From contig JAYZXD010000026.1 in assembly GCA_036141595.1 (NCBI GenBank), positions 2,287 through 66,286 on the forward strand: a stretch of DNA of 64,000 nucleotides. Direction: 5' to 3'. Shown piece after piece: positions 10,601-19,122 of this stretch (the first letter of the stretch is position 1; the number at the start of each line of letters is the position of its first letter). The notes beneath the pieces were generated by a model. It did no database searches. It saw only the letters and a program-made list of their open reading frames with translations, and was not told the origin of the DNA. The DNA is from Bacteroidota bacterium (GTDB lineage Bacteria > Bacteroidota > Bacteroidia > Flavobacteriales > BACL11). Made by a program: the position numbers and the translations under genes.

Positions 10601-10668
10601 ATAAATATGATGTAATTCTTCATATTTATGATGATGGTTCAGTTGAAAAAGTAATAGTTATTGAATAA
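7636..10668 (+). CDS. Secreted zinc metalloprotease (metzincin, reprolysin/M12B-like) with SprB-type repeats, two FN3-like domains and a T9SS-like C-terminal tail
   Basis: 1010 aa with an N-terminal signal peptide. The zinc motif [11 protein letters not shown] lies at 8647-8679. It is followed by a Cys-bounded module, four repeats of about 75 aa, two FN3-like domains (RIHWDN...YEVRMKAW and VRFDWAL...YRAQARTW) and a beta-rich C-terminus ([12 protein letters not shown]...[15 protein letters not shown]). Confidence 0.7.
   Translation: [1010 protein letters not shown]
8980..9885 (+). repeat. Four tandem SprB-type protein repeats of about 75 aa (coding repeat inside the metalloprotease gene); boundaries approximate
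   Basis: The signature recurs four times: x-DGS-I/V-x(5-7)-GG-x-PPY-x-F/Y-x-W ... N-I/L-x-x-G-x-Y-x-V. Examples are [80 protein letters not shown] and [24 protein letters not shown]. Confidence 0.7.
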
Positions 10669-10731
10669 ACATATGGTCTATATTAGCTGTTTAAACTAAA
10701 TTTTAAATTAAATTTGTATAAAATAAAAAAT

Positions 10732-13700
10732 ATGAAAATATTAAAATCACTTATGTTGCTTTCTTTTTTATCAGCTTCTTGCTTTGCTAAGGATATTAAG
10801 CTCACAGAAAATGAAAATAAATTTTCTATTACTACAAAATCAATAACTGGATTTGATTTTGTTAATCAATTGTCGGAAATTAATACTAGTAAAATTAAAA
10901 AAAATGACCTCCAGTTTATTAAGCTCAGTGTTGATGGATATGGAGAAAATGCCGATAATGGTTTTGCCTCTTTACCCGTCCTTGAACAGTTAATTAATAT
11001 TCCACAGGGAGCTACCATAAATATTAATATAATTCAAAAGGTAGAAAAAGAATTTTCTTTAAATGATTACAACATAAGTGACTTGATTTTTCCATCACAA
11101 CCATCTTTATCTAAAAGTGAAAATGCCGAAAATGCAATGTTTCATTTTGATAAGGAATATTATAATTATGATGGTTTTCATAATACAGATTTAGTTTCAA
11201 TTGAAATATTAGGAGAAATGAGAGGACAGCAGCTAGCTAGACTTACTTTATCTCCAATAAGCTACAATCCTAAAAAAAATAAAATTTCTGTTGTCACAAA
11301 ATTAGAAGTAAGTATTGACTTCAATAATGTTAATTACGACAAATTAGATGAAAAAAGAAGTCGTTTTTTTTCACATGAATTTGAACATCTTTTTAAGCAA
11401 TGTGTCAATTACATCGAATATGACGGAGCTAAAGATGTAATTACAACATACCCTACAAAATATGTTATTATTTCTGATCCAAATTTTCAATCTGCTTTAC
11501 AGCCATTAATTGATTGGAAAACTAAAAAAGGTTTTAAAGTTATAGAGGCCTATACCAATGATCCAAATGTTGGTAATACTCCTATTTCTATTTATACATT
11601 TTTAAAAGACTTGTATGATAATCCCTCGGATGGTATTTCACCTACATACCTTTTAATTGTTGGTGATGATGATCAAGTTCCTTCTTTTGATGGAAATACT
11701 GGTAATCATCTTTCTGACATGTATTATTGTGAATATGATGGAGGAGGGGACTTCTATCCAGAAATGTATTTTGGTAGGTTTTCAGCTACCAATTCCGGTC
11801 AAGTTGAAGCCCAAGTAAATAAGACTCTAAAGCATGAAAGATATTTATTTTCAGATCCATCATTCTTAGATGATATGGTTTTAGTAGCAGGTGTTGATGC
11901 GAGTATGGCACCAACTTATGGCAACGGACAAATTAATTATGCAACTGACAATTATTTTAATATTTCTAATGGTATAAATACTCATACCTATCTTTATGGA
12001 ACTGGTTCACCTATTACCTCTGATCAATCAGCAGCTTCAGCAGCTATTATATCAGATATAAGTGATGGAGTTTGCTTTGCAAACTATACAGCTCACTGTG
12101 GTAGTTTTGGCTGGGCTGATCCAGCTTTTGAAACATCAGATATTGCTACTTTACAAAATGATGATAAGTTTGGGGTGTTAATTGGAAATTGCTGTCAATC
12201 CAATAAGTTTGATATTCAAGAGTGCTTTGGAGAGGCAATTTTAAGAGTTAACAATAAAGGTGCTGTTGCTTATATTGGAGGCTCTAATAATACTTATTGG
12301 GATGAAGATTACTGGTGGGCTGTAGGAAATGGTACAACTCCACCTCCTGCAAATCCTTTATATACACAGACAGGTTTAGGTGTATATGATTGTTTAATGC
12401 ATGAAAACGGTGAACAACAAAATGATTGGTTTATAACAACAGGGCAAATTTCACATGCGGGGAATTTAGCAGTAACTGAAGCAGGAGGGTCTGAACAGTA
12501 TTATTGGGAAATTTATCATGTAATGGGGGATCCATCACTAATGCCATATATTGGTGTACCTACTAATTTAACAGTATCTCATTCTTCTGTTGCTCCTGTA
12601 GGAACTACATCAGTTGTAGTAAATACTGAAGAAAATGCTTATGTTGCTATTTCTATGAATGGAATTTTATTGGATGCTAAGTTAGCAGATGCGAGTGGAA
12701 TAGTTAACTTAACATTTCCTGCAATCGCAAATATAGGAATTGCAGATATTGTTATCACAAAGCAATTTAAACAGCCATATGAGGGTACAATACAAATTAT
12801 TTCTCCTAATGGACCATATGTAATTTATTCTTCACATACCATAGATGATAATACAGGTAATAATAATCAAGAGGTTGATTTTGGAGAATTTATAAGTATG
12901 GGTGTTGATGTTCAAAATGTTGGTTCATCAGATGCTAATCTTGTAAATATAAATATCTCTACAACAGACCCATACATCACTTTAATAAATGCAACAGATA
13001 TCATTAATTTAATACCATCTCAACAAATTGTTAGTACAAATAATCCATTTACTTTTCAGGTTTCAAATCAAATTCCAGATCAACATGAAGTAGTTTTTGA
13101 CTTGCAAATGACAGATAATTTAGGTAACTCGTGGAATACAATACAAAATATATCTGTAAATGCTCCACAAATTGATCATATTTCTTTTAGTATTGATGAT
13201 GTAACTCTGGGTAATGGAAATGGTAAATTAGACGCTGGTGAAACAGTTAATCTCATTGTAGATGTAACAAATATTGGGCATGCCGATTTCGATCCATTAT
13301 CAATACTTACAGCTAATATGAGTTGTTTTACTAATTATGTTAGTTTCAATAATTCAAATGATAATGTTTCAGGTATGAGTATTAACGGACAGCAGACTGC
13401 TAGTTTTAATGTAAGTATTGCTCCAAATACTCCTGTAGGAACTCCAGCTGAATTTTCTTTTAATATTGGTAACAGTTCTTATTCACATTCAGCAATTTTC
13501 AACGAAGTAATTGGTGTTATTAATGAGGATTATGAAACAGGAGACTTCACTCAATATGCATGGGATAATGATGTTGACTATCCTTGGATAATAGACAATG
13601 TAAATGTTTATGAAGGTAATAATTCTTGTAGATCAGGAGCTCTTCCAAATAACGCTGTCTCTAATCTAAAAATTAATGTTAATGTAATTGCACCTGGAGA

Positions 13701-14190
13701 TATTTCCTTCTGGAAATTTGTGTCTTCTGAACAACATTGGGATTTTTTGCAATTTTATATCGATGGAAATAAAAAAGGAGAATGGTCTGGAATAGATAAT
13801 TCTTGGAGTTTTGTTTCTTACCCTGTTACTGTAGGCGTACATGAATTTGAATGGGAGTATGATAAAGACGGATGGACAGAGGAGGGGGAAGACTGTGCAT
13901 GGGTAGATTATATTGTTTTTCCTCCTATTGATTTAGGACAAACTTCATTTATTTCTGAAGATGATTTTAGTTTTAAATTATTTCCAAATCCGTCTCCTGG
14001 TATTTTCTATTTAACATATAATGACAATAAAATTCATTCAATAAATATTTTTGATCATAATGGAAAGTTGCTAGAGAAAATTGATAACAATAAAGATCAA
14101 ACTATTATTGATTTACAAAAATATTCTCCAGGAACATACACTATTCAAGTAAAACCTGAAAATATTACATATCAAATTGTTAAATATTAA
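10732..14190 (+). CDS. Gingipain-family cysteine peptidase (MEROPS C25) with Ig-like/MAM-like domains and a T9SS C-terminal sorting domain
   Basis: About 1150 aa with a signal peptide (MKILKSLMLLSFLSASCFA). The C25 catalytic His context is NYTAHCGSFGW and the Cys context is LIGNCCQSNKF. The C-terminal Por-secretion tail is FKLFPNPSPGIFYLTY...IFDHNGKLLEKI...GTYTIQV. ATG at 10732 is preferred over the TTG at 10714 listed in the ORF track. Confidence 0.8.
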   Translation: MKILKSLMLLSFLSASCFAKDIKLTENENKFSITTKSITGFDFVNQLSEINTSKIKKNDLQFIKLSVDGYGENADNGFASLPVLEQLINIPQGATININIIQKVEKEFSLNDYNISDLIFPSQPSLSKSENAENAMFHFDKEYYNYDGFHNTDLVSIEILGEMRGQQLARLTLSPISYNPKKNKISVVTKLEVSIDFNNVNYDKLDEKRSRFFSHEFEHLFKQCVNYIEYDGAKDVITTYPTKYVIISDPNFQSALQPLIDWKTKKGFKVIEAYTNDPNVGNTPISIYTFLKDLYDNPSDGISPTYLLIVGDDDQVPSFDGNTGNHLSDMYYCEYDGGGDFYPEMYFGRFSATNSGQVEAQVNKTLKHERYLFSDPSFLDDMVLVAGVDASMAPTYGNGQINYATDNYFNISNGINTHTYLYGTGSPITSDQSAASAAIISDISDGVCFANYTAHCGSFGWADPAFETSDIATLQNDDKFGVLIGNCCQSNKFDIQECFGEAILRVNNKGAVAYIGGSNNTYWDEDYWWAVGNGTTPPPANPLYTQTGLGVYDCLMHENGEQQNDWFITTGQISHAGNLAVTEAGGSEQYYWEIYHVMGDPSLMPYIGVPTNLTVSHSSVAPVGTTSVVVNTEENAYVAISMNGILLDAKLADASGIVNLTFPAIANIGIADIVITKQFKQPYEGTIQIISPNGPYVIYSSHTIDDNTGNNNQEVDFGEFISMGVDVQNVGSSDANLVNINISTTDPYITLINATDIINLIPSQQIVSTNNPFTFQVSNQIPDQHEVVFDLQMTDNLGNSWNTIQNISVNAPQIDHISFSIDDVTLGNGNGKLDAGETVNLIVDVTNIGHADFDPLSILTANMSCFTNYVSFNNSNDNVSGMSINGQQTASFNVSIAPNTPVGTPAEFSFNIGNSSYSHSAIFNEVIGVINEDYETGDFTQYAWDNDVDYPWIIDNVNVYEGNNSCRSGALPNNAVSNLKINVNVIAPGDISFWKFVSSEQHWDFLQFYIDGNKKGEWSGIDNSWSFVSYPVTVGVHEFEWEYDKDGWTEEGEDCAWVDYIVFPPIDLGQTSFISEDDFSFKLFPNPSPGIFYLTYNDNKIHSINIFDHNGKLLEKIDNNKDQTIIDLQKYSPGTYTIQVKPENITYQIVKY

Positions 14191-14600
14191 TGGCAAAAGC
14201 TTTGGGTATTGATTATGGGACCAAGAGAACAGGTATTGCGATCTCTGATGAAACTAGCACAATTGCCTCTTCTTTAGATACTATTGAGACATTTCGTTTA
14301 GATGATTTTATTTCAAATCTTATAAAATTTGAGAATATTGATTGCTTTGTGGTTGGTTATCCAGTTGATTTAAAAAATAATAACACTGATGTTACAGGAC
14401 ATGTAAAAGGTTTTGTTAAAAGACTTAAAGAAAAATATCCTAACAAAAAGATATGTTTGGTAGATGAAAGATTTACATCTAAAATTGCACAAAAAGCTAT
14501 TTTTTCTGGTGGCGTTAAAAAAACAAAAAGAAAAGATAAATCATTAGTTGATAAAGTTAGTGCAACAATTATTTTACAAGATTATTTAAATTCTAACTGA
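14190..14600 (+). CDS. ruvX: Holliday junction resolvase-like nuclease RuvX (YqgF)
   Basis: 136 aa. The N-terminus ALGIDYGTKRTGIAISD is typical of YqgF/RuvX. It overlaps the upstream stop by 1 nt (TAATG). Confidence 0.8.
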   Translation: MAKALGIDYGTKRTGIAISDETSTIASSLDTIETFRLDDFISNLIKFENIDCFVVGYPVDLKNNNTDVTGHVKGFVKRLKEKYPNKKICLVDERFTSKIAQKAIFSGGVKKTKRKDKSLVDKVSATIILQDYLNSN

Positions 14601-17358
14601 TATATTTTTTTAAATATTTTCCTGTGATTGACTCTTTGCTTGTCACTATTTCTTCAGTAGTTCCACTGAATATGATTTTACCACCTTCAATACCCCCCTT
14701 GGGCCCCATGTCGATTATCCAATCCGCACTTTTTATGACATCTAGGTTGTGTTCAATACAAATAATTGAATGACCTTTTTCTATTAATGCATTAAAGCAG
14801 ATTAGTAGTTTGTTTATATCGTGAAAATGTAGGCCTGTTGTTGGTTCATCAAACATAAATATTGTTTTCTCTTTAGTACTACCTTTACTTAGAAAATAAG
14901 CTAACTTGATTCTTTGAGCTTCTCCACCACTAAAAGTACTTGATGATTGTCCTAATTTAACATATCCTAGACCAACATCTTGTAATGGTTGAATTTTTTT
15001 AGCAATTTTTATTTCATTATGTTCTTTAAAAAATGTAATTGCCTCGTCAATTGACAGATCTAAAATATCAGAAATATTCTTGTCAAAGAATTTAATTTCA
15101 AGTATTTCTTTTTTAAATCGTTTTCCTTTACATTCATCACATGTAATTTGCACGTCTGCCATAAATTGCATTTCAATTGTATTTTCTCCTTCTCCTTTGC
15201 ATTTATTACATCTACCACCATCAATGTTAAAAGAGAAGTAACCTGTCTTATAATTTCTAATTTTTGATAGTTTTTGATTTGAATATAATTTCCGTATGTC
15301 ATCATAAATTTTTAAATAAGTTGATGGATTAGATCTTGATGATTTTCCAATTGGATTTTGATCAATAAATTCATAGTCCTTAATTGCCTTATTTGTTATT
15401 TTAACATCAGAATATTGTTTTGTATTTGTTATGTTATGATTAAGATAATTTTCTAATGCCCCTTTTAGTGTATGCTTCACTAACGATGATTTTCCAGACC
15501 CACTAACTCCAGATATTACAGTCAAGCCTCCTATTGGTATTTTTACATTTAAATTTTTAAGATTGTTTTTATTTATTTTATTTATATGTATACTTTCTTT
15601 AAGTATTTTTCTTTTTTTAGGAGTAAATATTTTTAAATCATCAAATAAATATTTTTTTGTTAATGAATTTTTATTTTTTTTGATTTTATCAAGACTTCCT
15701 TGAAAAATAATTTCACCCCCATTAATTCCAGCATTTGGACCTATATCAATAATTTGATCTGCTTCATACATTATATCTTTATCATGCTCAACAACAATTA
15801 CTGTGTTACCAATATCTCTAAGATTCTTGAGTATTTGGATTAGTTTTTCAGTATCTTTTGGGTGCAATCCAATACTGGGTTCATCTAAAATGTACATAGA
15901 GCCAACCAATGAACTACTTATAGACTTTGCTATATTTATTCTTTGAGATTCTCCTCCTGAAAGAGTATTAGATTTTCTATTAAGTTTTAAGTATCCTAAT
16001 CCTATGCTTTGAAGATAATTTAATCTAGAATTAATTTCTAATAATAGTCTATCAGTTATTTTTTCTTCTTCAGATGATAATTTGATATTGTTAAAAAAAT
16101 CGAGAGCAACATCAATACTCATATTGTTTATATCAGCAATACTTTTTTGTGCAATTTTTACAAATAATGCGTCTTTTCTAAGACGTGTTCCATTACAGCT
16201 ATTACAAATTGTTTTTCCTCTATACCTTGCTATTAAAACTCTATTTTGTATTTTGTATTGTTTTTCTTCTAATTTTTCGAAAAATTGATTTATTCCTTTA
16301 CATTTTTCTTTTCCATCCCATAATATATTTTTTTCTTCATTTGATAATTGAATGTACGGCTTGTGAATTGGAAAGTTAAACCTTACAGATTCATTTATGA
16401 ATCTATCTTTCCACTTACTTAATTTTTTCCCGTTCCAGCAAGCAACAGTGTTCTGAAATAAAGATAAATTTTTGTTAGGTATAACTTTATTTTCATCTAT
16501 ACCTAAAACAGATCCATATCCTTCACATACATTGCAAGCTCCATATGGGTTATTAAATGAAAATAAATTTACGGAAGGATAAGTAAATTTTATACTATCT
16601 TTCTCAAATTTATTGGAAAAATAATGTTTTTTGTTATTTTGATAAACTATACATTCACCATTTCCTTCATAGAAAGCTGTTTCTACAGATGTAGAAATTC
16701 TAGCTTTATCATTTTCCTTTTCTGTAATTATTCTATCAACAACTACTTTAACTTTATTTTGACTTAAATTTTTATTGGATTTTAAAATTTCTTGTATCCT
16801 ATGTACGTTATTGTTTACAAGAACTCTTGAATACCCTCTTTTTATTAGACTGTAATAAGTATCTTCACTTTTAATTTCCTTACTGAAAAGGATGAGAATA
16901 TCAGAATTTTCTTTTTGTCTGGCAATGAAATTTATAACATCTTCAATTGAATCTTTTTTTACTTCCTCTCCAGAAATAGGAGAAAAAGTTTTACCAATAC
17001 GTGCAAACATTAATTTTAAATAATCATAAATCTCTGTTGAAGTACTTACAGTTGATCTTGGATTATTAGTTTTTGTTTTTTGTTCAATTGCAATTGCAGG
17101 ACATATTCCTTTTATTTCATCGACATCTGGTTTTTTTAATTTACCTAAAAATTGTCTAGCGTATGCAGATAAGCTTTCTATATATCTTCTTTGACCTTCT
17201 GCAAACAGTGTATTAAAAGCCAATGATGATTTTCCACTACCTGAAACTCCGCAAATTACTATCAATTGGTTTTTGGGTATTTTCAGAGATACATTTTTTA
17301 AGTTATGTACTCTTGCTCCATTAATTTCAATGTAGTGATTTTGATCTTTTTTTTTCAT
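14593..17358 (-). CDS. uvrA: Excinuclease ABC subunit A
   Basis: 921 aa with two ABC ATPase modules (GVSGSGKSSLAF and GVSGSGKSSLV; signatures LSGGESQR and FSGGEAQR). Zn-finger Cys pairs are present (CNVCEGYG, CNSCNGTR, CNKCKGEG, CDECKGKR). The N-terminus IEINGARVHNLKN is canonical. Confidence 0.9.
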   Translation of the reverse strand: MKKKDQNHYIEINGARVHNLKNVSLKIPKNQLIVICGVSGSGKSSLAFNTLFAEGQRRYIESLSAYARQFLGKLKKPDVDEIKGICPAIAIEQKTKTNNPRSTVSTSTEIYDYLKLMFARIGKTFSPISGEEVKKDSIEDVINFIARQKENSDILILFSKEIKSEDTYYSLIKRGYSRVLVNNNVHRIQEILKSNKNLSQNKVKVVVDRIITEKENDKARISTSVETAFYEGNGECIVYQNNKKHYFSNKFEKDSIKFTYPSVNLFSFNNPYGACNVCEGYGSVLGIDENKVIPNKNLSLFQNTVACWNGKKLSKWKDRFINESVRFNFPIHKPYIQLSNEEKNILWDGKEKCKGINQFFEKLEEKQYKIQNRVLIARYRGKTICNSCNGTRLRKDALFVKIAQKSIADINNMSIDVALDFFNNIKLSSEEEKITDRLLLEINSRLNYLQSIGLGYLKLNRKSNTLSGGESQRINIAKSISSSLVGSMYILDEPSIGLHPKDTEKLIQILKNLRDIGNTVIVVEHDKDIMYEADQIIDIGPNAGINGGEIIFQGSLDKIKKNKNSLTKKYLFDDLKIFTPKKRKILKESIHINKINKNNLKNLNVKIPIGGLTVISGVSGSGKSSLVKHTLKGALENYLNHNITNTKQYSDVKITNKAIKDYEFIDQNPIGKSSRSNPSTYLKIYDDIRKLYSNQKLSKIRNYKTGYFSFNIDGGRCNKCKGEGENTIEMQFMADVQITCDECKGKRFKKEILEIKFFDKNISDILDLSIDEAITFFKEHNEIKIAKKIQPLQDVGLGYVKLGQSSSTFSGGEAQRIKLAYFLSKGSTKEKTIFMFDEPTTGLHFHDINKLLICFNALIEKGHSIICIEHNLDVIKSADWIIDMGPKGGIEGGKIIFSGTTEEIVTSKESITGKYLKKYIS

Positions 17359-17431
17359 TACTTTTTTTAAAAAATCTTACAAAATTAAATAAAGGATTTG
17401 ATATTATTTCTCATACTTTAATATATTTTTA

Positions 17432-17439
17432 TATATTTG
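17432..17439 (+). promoter_or_regulatory. Candidate -7 promoter box TATATTTG upstream of the sigma-factor gene
   Basis: Matches the Bacteroidetes TAnnTTTG -7 consensus in the 156-bp divergent spacer between uvrA and the sigma gene, about 75 nt upstream of the ATG at 17515. It is immediately followed by the 8-bp palindrome AGTATACT (17441-17448). No correctly spaced -33 TTG. Confidence 0.25.
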
Positions 17440-17514
17440 TAGTATACTTATTAACCAAAACACTGCCTATAGATCAACATTTACTTAAATTTTTTATTAA
17501 CTAAAAACAAGTAT

Positions 17515-18102
17515 ATGTTGACTCAAACAAAATCAGACAAGGATTTGGTAGTTAATTATTTAAAAGGGGATAACAACTCTTTTGAACAGTTATTAAATCG
17601 TCATAAGAATAAAGTTTTTTCATTTATATTTTCTAAAGTTAAAAACAGAGATCTTGCTGAAGATATTTTTCAGGATACGTTTGTTAAAGTGATTAATTCG
17701 TTGCAAAAGGGTAAATATAATGAAGAGGGTAAATTTTTGCCTTGGATGATGAGAATTTCGCATAATTTAGTAATAGATTATTTTAGAAAATCTAATAAAG
17801 TTAAAAATATACGTTCAACAGATGATTTTAATATTTTTGATATATTAAACAATGGTGCAAAGTCTCAAGAAGAAGAAATGATTCGTAAGAGAATTTATTC
17901 TGATCTTAATTTGTTAATAGATTTATTACCAATTGAACAAAGGGATGTCATCAAGTATAGATATTTTGAAGATAAGTCTTTTAAAGAAATTGCTGAATTA
18001 ACTAATGTTAGTATTAACACAGCTTTAGGTAGGATGAGGTATGCTTTAATAAATTTACGAACTATCTCTGAAGAACGTAAAATTGATTTGTCACATAGAT
18101 AA
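17515..18102 (+). CDS. RNA polymerase sigma-70 family factor, ECF-type (regions 2 and 4 only)
   Basis: 195 aa. Region 2 is DLAEDIFQDTFVKV ... FLPWMMRISHNLVIDYFRK. Region 4 HTH is LPIEQRDVIKYRYFEDKSFKEIAELTNVSINTALGRMRYAL. Confidence 0.8.
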   Translation: MLTQTKSDKDLVVNYLKGDNNSFEQLLNRHKNKVFSFIFSKVKNRDLAEDIFQDTFVKVINSLQKGKYNEEGKFLPWMMRISHNLVIDYFRKSNKVKNIRSTDDFNIFDILNNGAKSQEEEMIRKRIYSDLNLLIDLLPIEQRDVIKYRYFEDKSFKEIAELTNVSINTALGRMRYALINLRTISEERKIDLSHR

Positions 18103-18173
18103 TTATCAATTATTTTACAATATTTTTTTTCTCTATTCGTTCAGATTGATGATTAAACAACTAAACAATATTT

Positions 18174-18359
18174 ATGAGAAAAAATTCTACTTTATTAACT
18201 AAAGAAAAATTAAAGAAACAACAAGAAAAAATTATAATTAAAAATCAACTCGAATCTGGACCAAGTCTACAATCCGTATCATTTATTCTTGCATACGCTA
18301 AATCAACAAAGAATATAAAGACAAATAGCGGAAATGATTTTTTAATATCACTAAACTAA
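18174..18359 (+). CDS. Hypothetical small basic protein (61 aa) downstream of the sigma factor
   Basis: The ORF sits in the position where anti-sigma factors usually lie, but it has no hydrophobic TM segment and no zinc-binding anti-sigma motif. Coding status is supported only by position and length. Confidence 0.35.
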   Translation: MRKNSTLLTKEKLKKQQEKIIIKNQLESGPSLQSVSFILAYAKSTKNIKTNSGNDFLISLN

Positions 18360-18400
18360 TTTATTTAATTTTTTTAGTAAAATCTATTTATCTTTGATTA

Positions 18401-19036
18401 ATGAAGAAATCAGAGAAAGTAAATTTTATTGTTGACACTTTACAAAAACTATACCCAAATCCTTCTGTTCCACTTAATCATAAGGATCCTTATACATTAC
18501 TTATTGCTGTATTGTTGTCAGCACAATGTACTGATGAAAGAGTTAATAAAATTACTCCAATTTTATTTGACAAAGCAGATACTCCAAAAAAGATGGTGAG
18601 CTTATCAGTTGCACAAATTGAGGATATAATTAGACCGTGTGGTCTTTCACCTATGAAAAGTAAAGGTATTTATGGGTTATCGAAAATCTTAATTGAAAAA
18701 TATAATGGCATTGTTCCTGCAAATTTAGATGAACTTGAGTCTTTTCCATCTGTTGGACATAAAACAGCGAGTGTAGTAATGTCCCAAGCATTTGGAATAC
18801 CAAGTTTCCCTGTTGACACTCACATACATAGATTAATGTATAGATGGGGTCTTTCAAGTGGAAAAAATGTTCAAATTACAGAAAGAGATGCAAAGAGACT
18901 ATTTCCAGTAAATTTATGGAATAAGTTACATTTACAGATAATATTTTATGGACGAGAATTTTCACCAGCCAGAGGATGGCAACTTGATAAAGATATAATA
19001 ACAAGTAAAGTAGGTCGAAAGAGTCTTTTAAAATAG
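18401..19036 (+). CDS. nth: Endonuclease III-family HhH-GPD DNA glycosylase/AP lyase lacking the C-terminal 4Fe-4S cluster loop
   Basis: 211 aa, colinear with E. coli Nth. Matching segments include LLIAVLLSAQCTDERVNK, the HhH plus catalytic Lys (FPSVGHKTASVV) and the catalytic Asp (VDTHIHR). The last about 130 residues contain no cysteine. Confidence 0.8.
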   Translation: MKKSEKVNFIVDTLQKLYPNPSVPLNHKDPYTLLIAVLLSAQCTDERVNKITPILFDKADTPKKMVSLSVAQIEDIIRPCGLSPMKSKGIYGLSKILIEKYNGIVPANLDELESFPSVGHKTASVVMSQAFGIPSFPVDTHIHRLMYRWGLSSGKNVQITERDAKRLFPVNLWNKLHLQIIFYGREFSPARGWQLDKDIITSKVGRKSLLK

Positions 19037-19043
19037 CTTTAAA

Positions 19044-19051
19044 TAGATTTG
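19044..19051 (+). promoter_or_regulatory. Candidate -7 promoter box TAGATTTG upstream of recA
   Basis: Matches TAnnTTTG. It lies 8 nt after the nth stop codon and 72 nt upstream of the recA ATG. No convincing -33 TTG. Confidence 0.25.
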
Positions 19052-19122
19052 TTAATAAATCTCTTTTAATTTTACTTCTTTTTGAAAAAGAATTACTGAA
19101 TTTTGTATAAAATATATTTATT

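Noticed and set aside
10714-10731. TTG start for the C25 peptidase, and similar upstream TTG/GTG starts in the ORF track
   Set aside because: In each case an ATG a few codons downstream gives a canonical signal peptide or family N-terminus, or abuts the upstream gene exactly. Affected starts in the ORF track: 35403, 35797, 38111, 55209, 59632, 59660 and 62383. For 62383 the TTG lies inside a promoter-like box.
17363-17374. T6A6 perfect palindrome next to the uvrA start, and the AGTATACT palindrome at 17441-17448, as possible operator sites
   Set aside because: Homopolymeric or very short palindromes are expected by chance at about 30% GC. No second copy was noticed upstream of recA, the addA-like gene or mutL.
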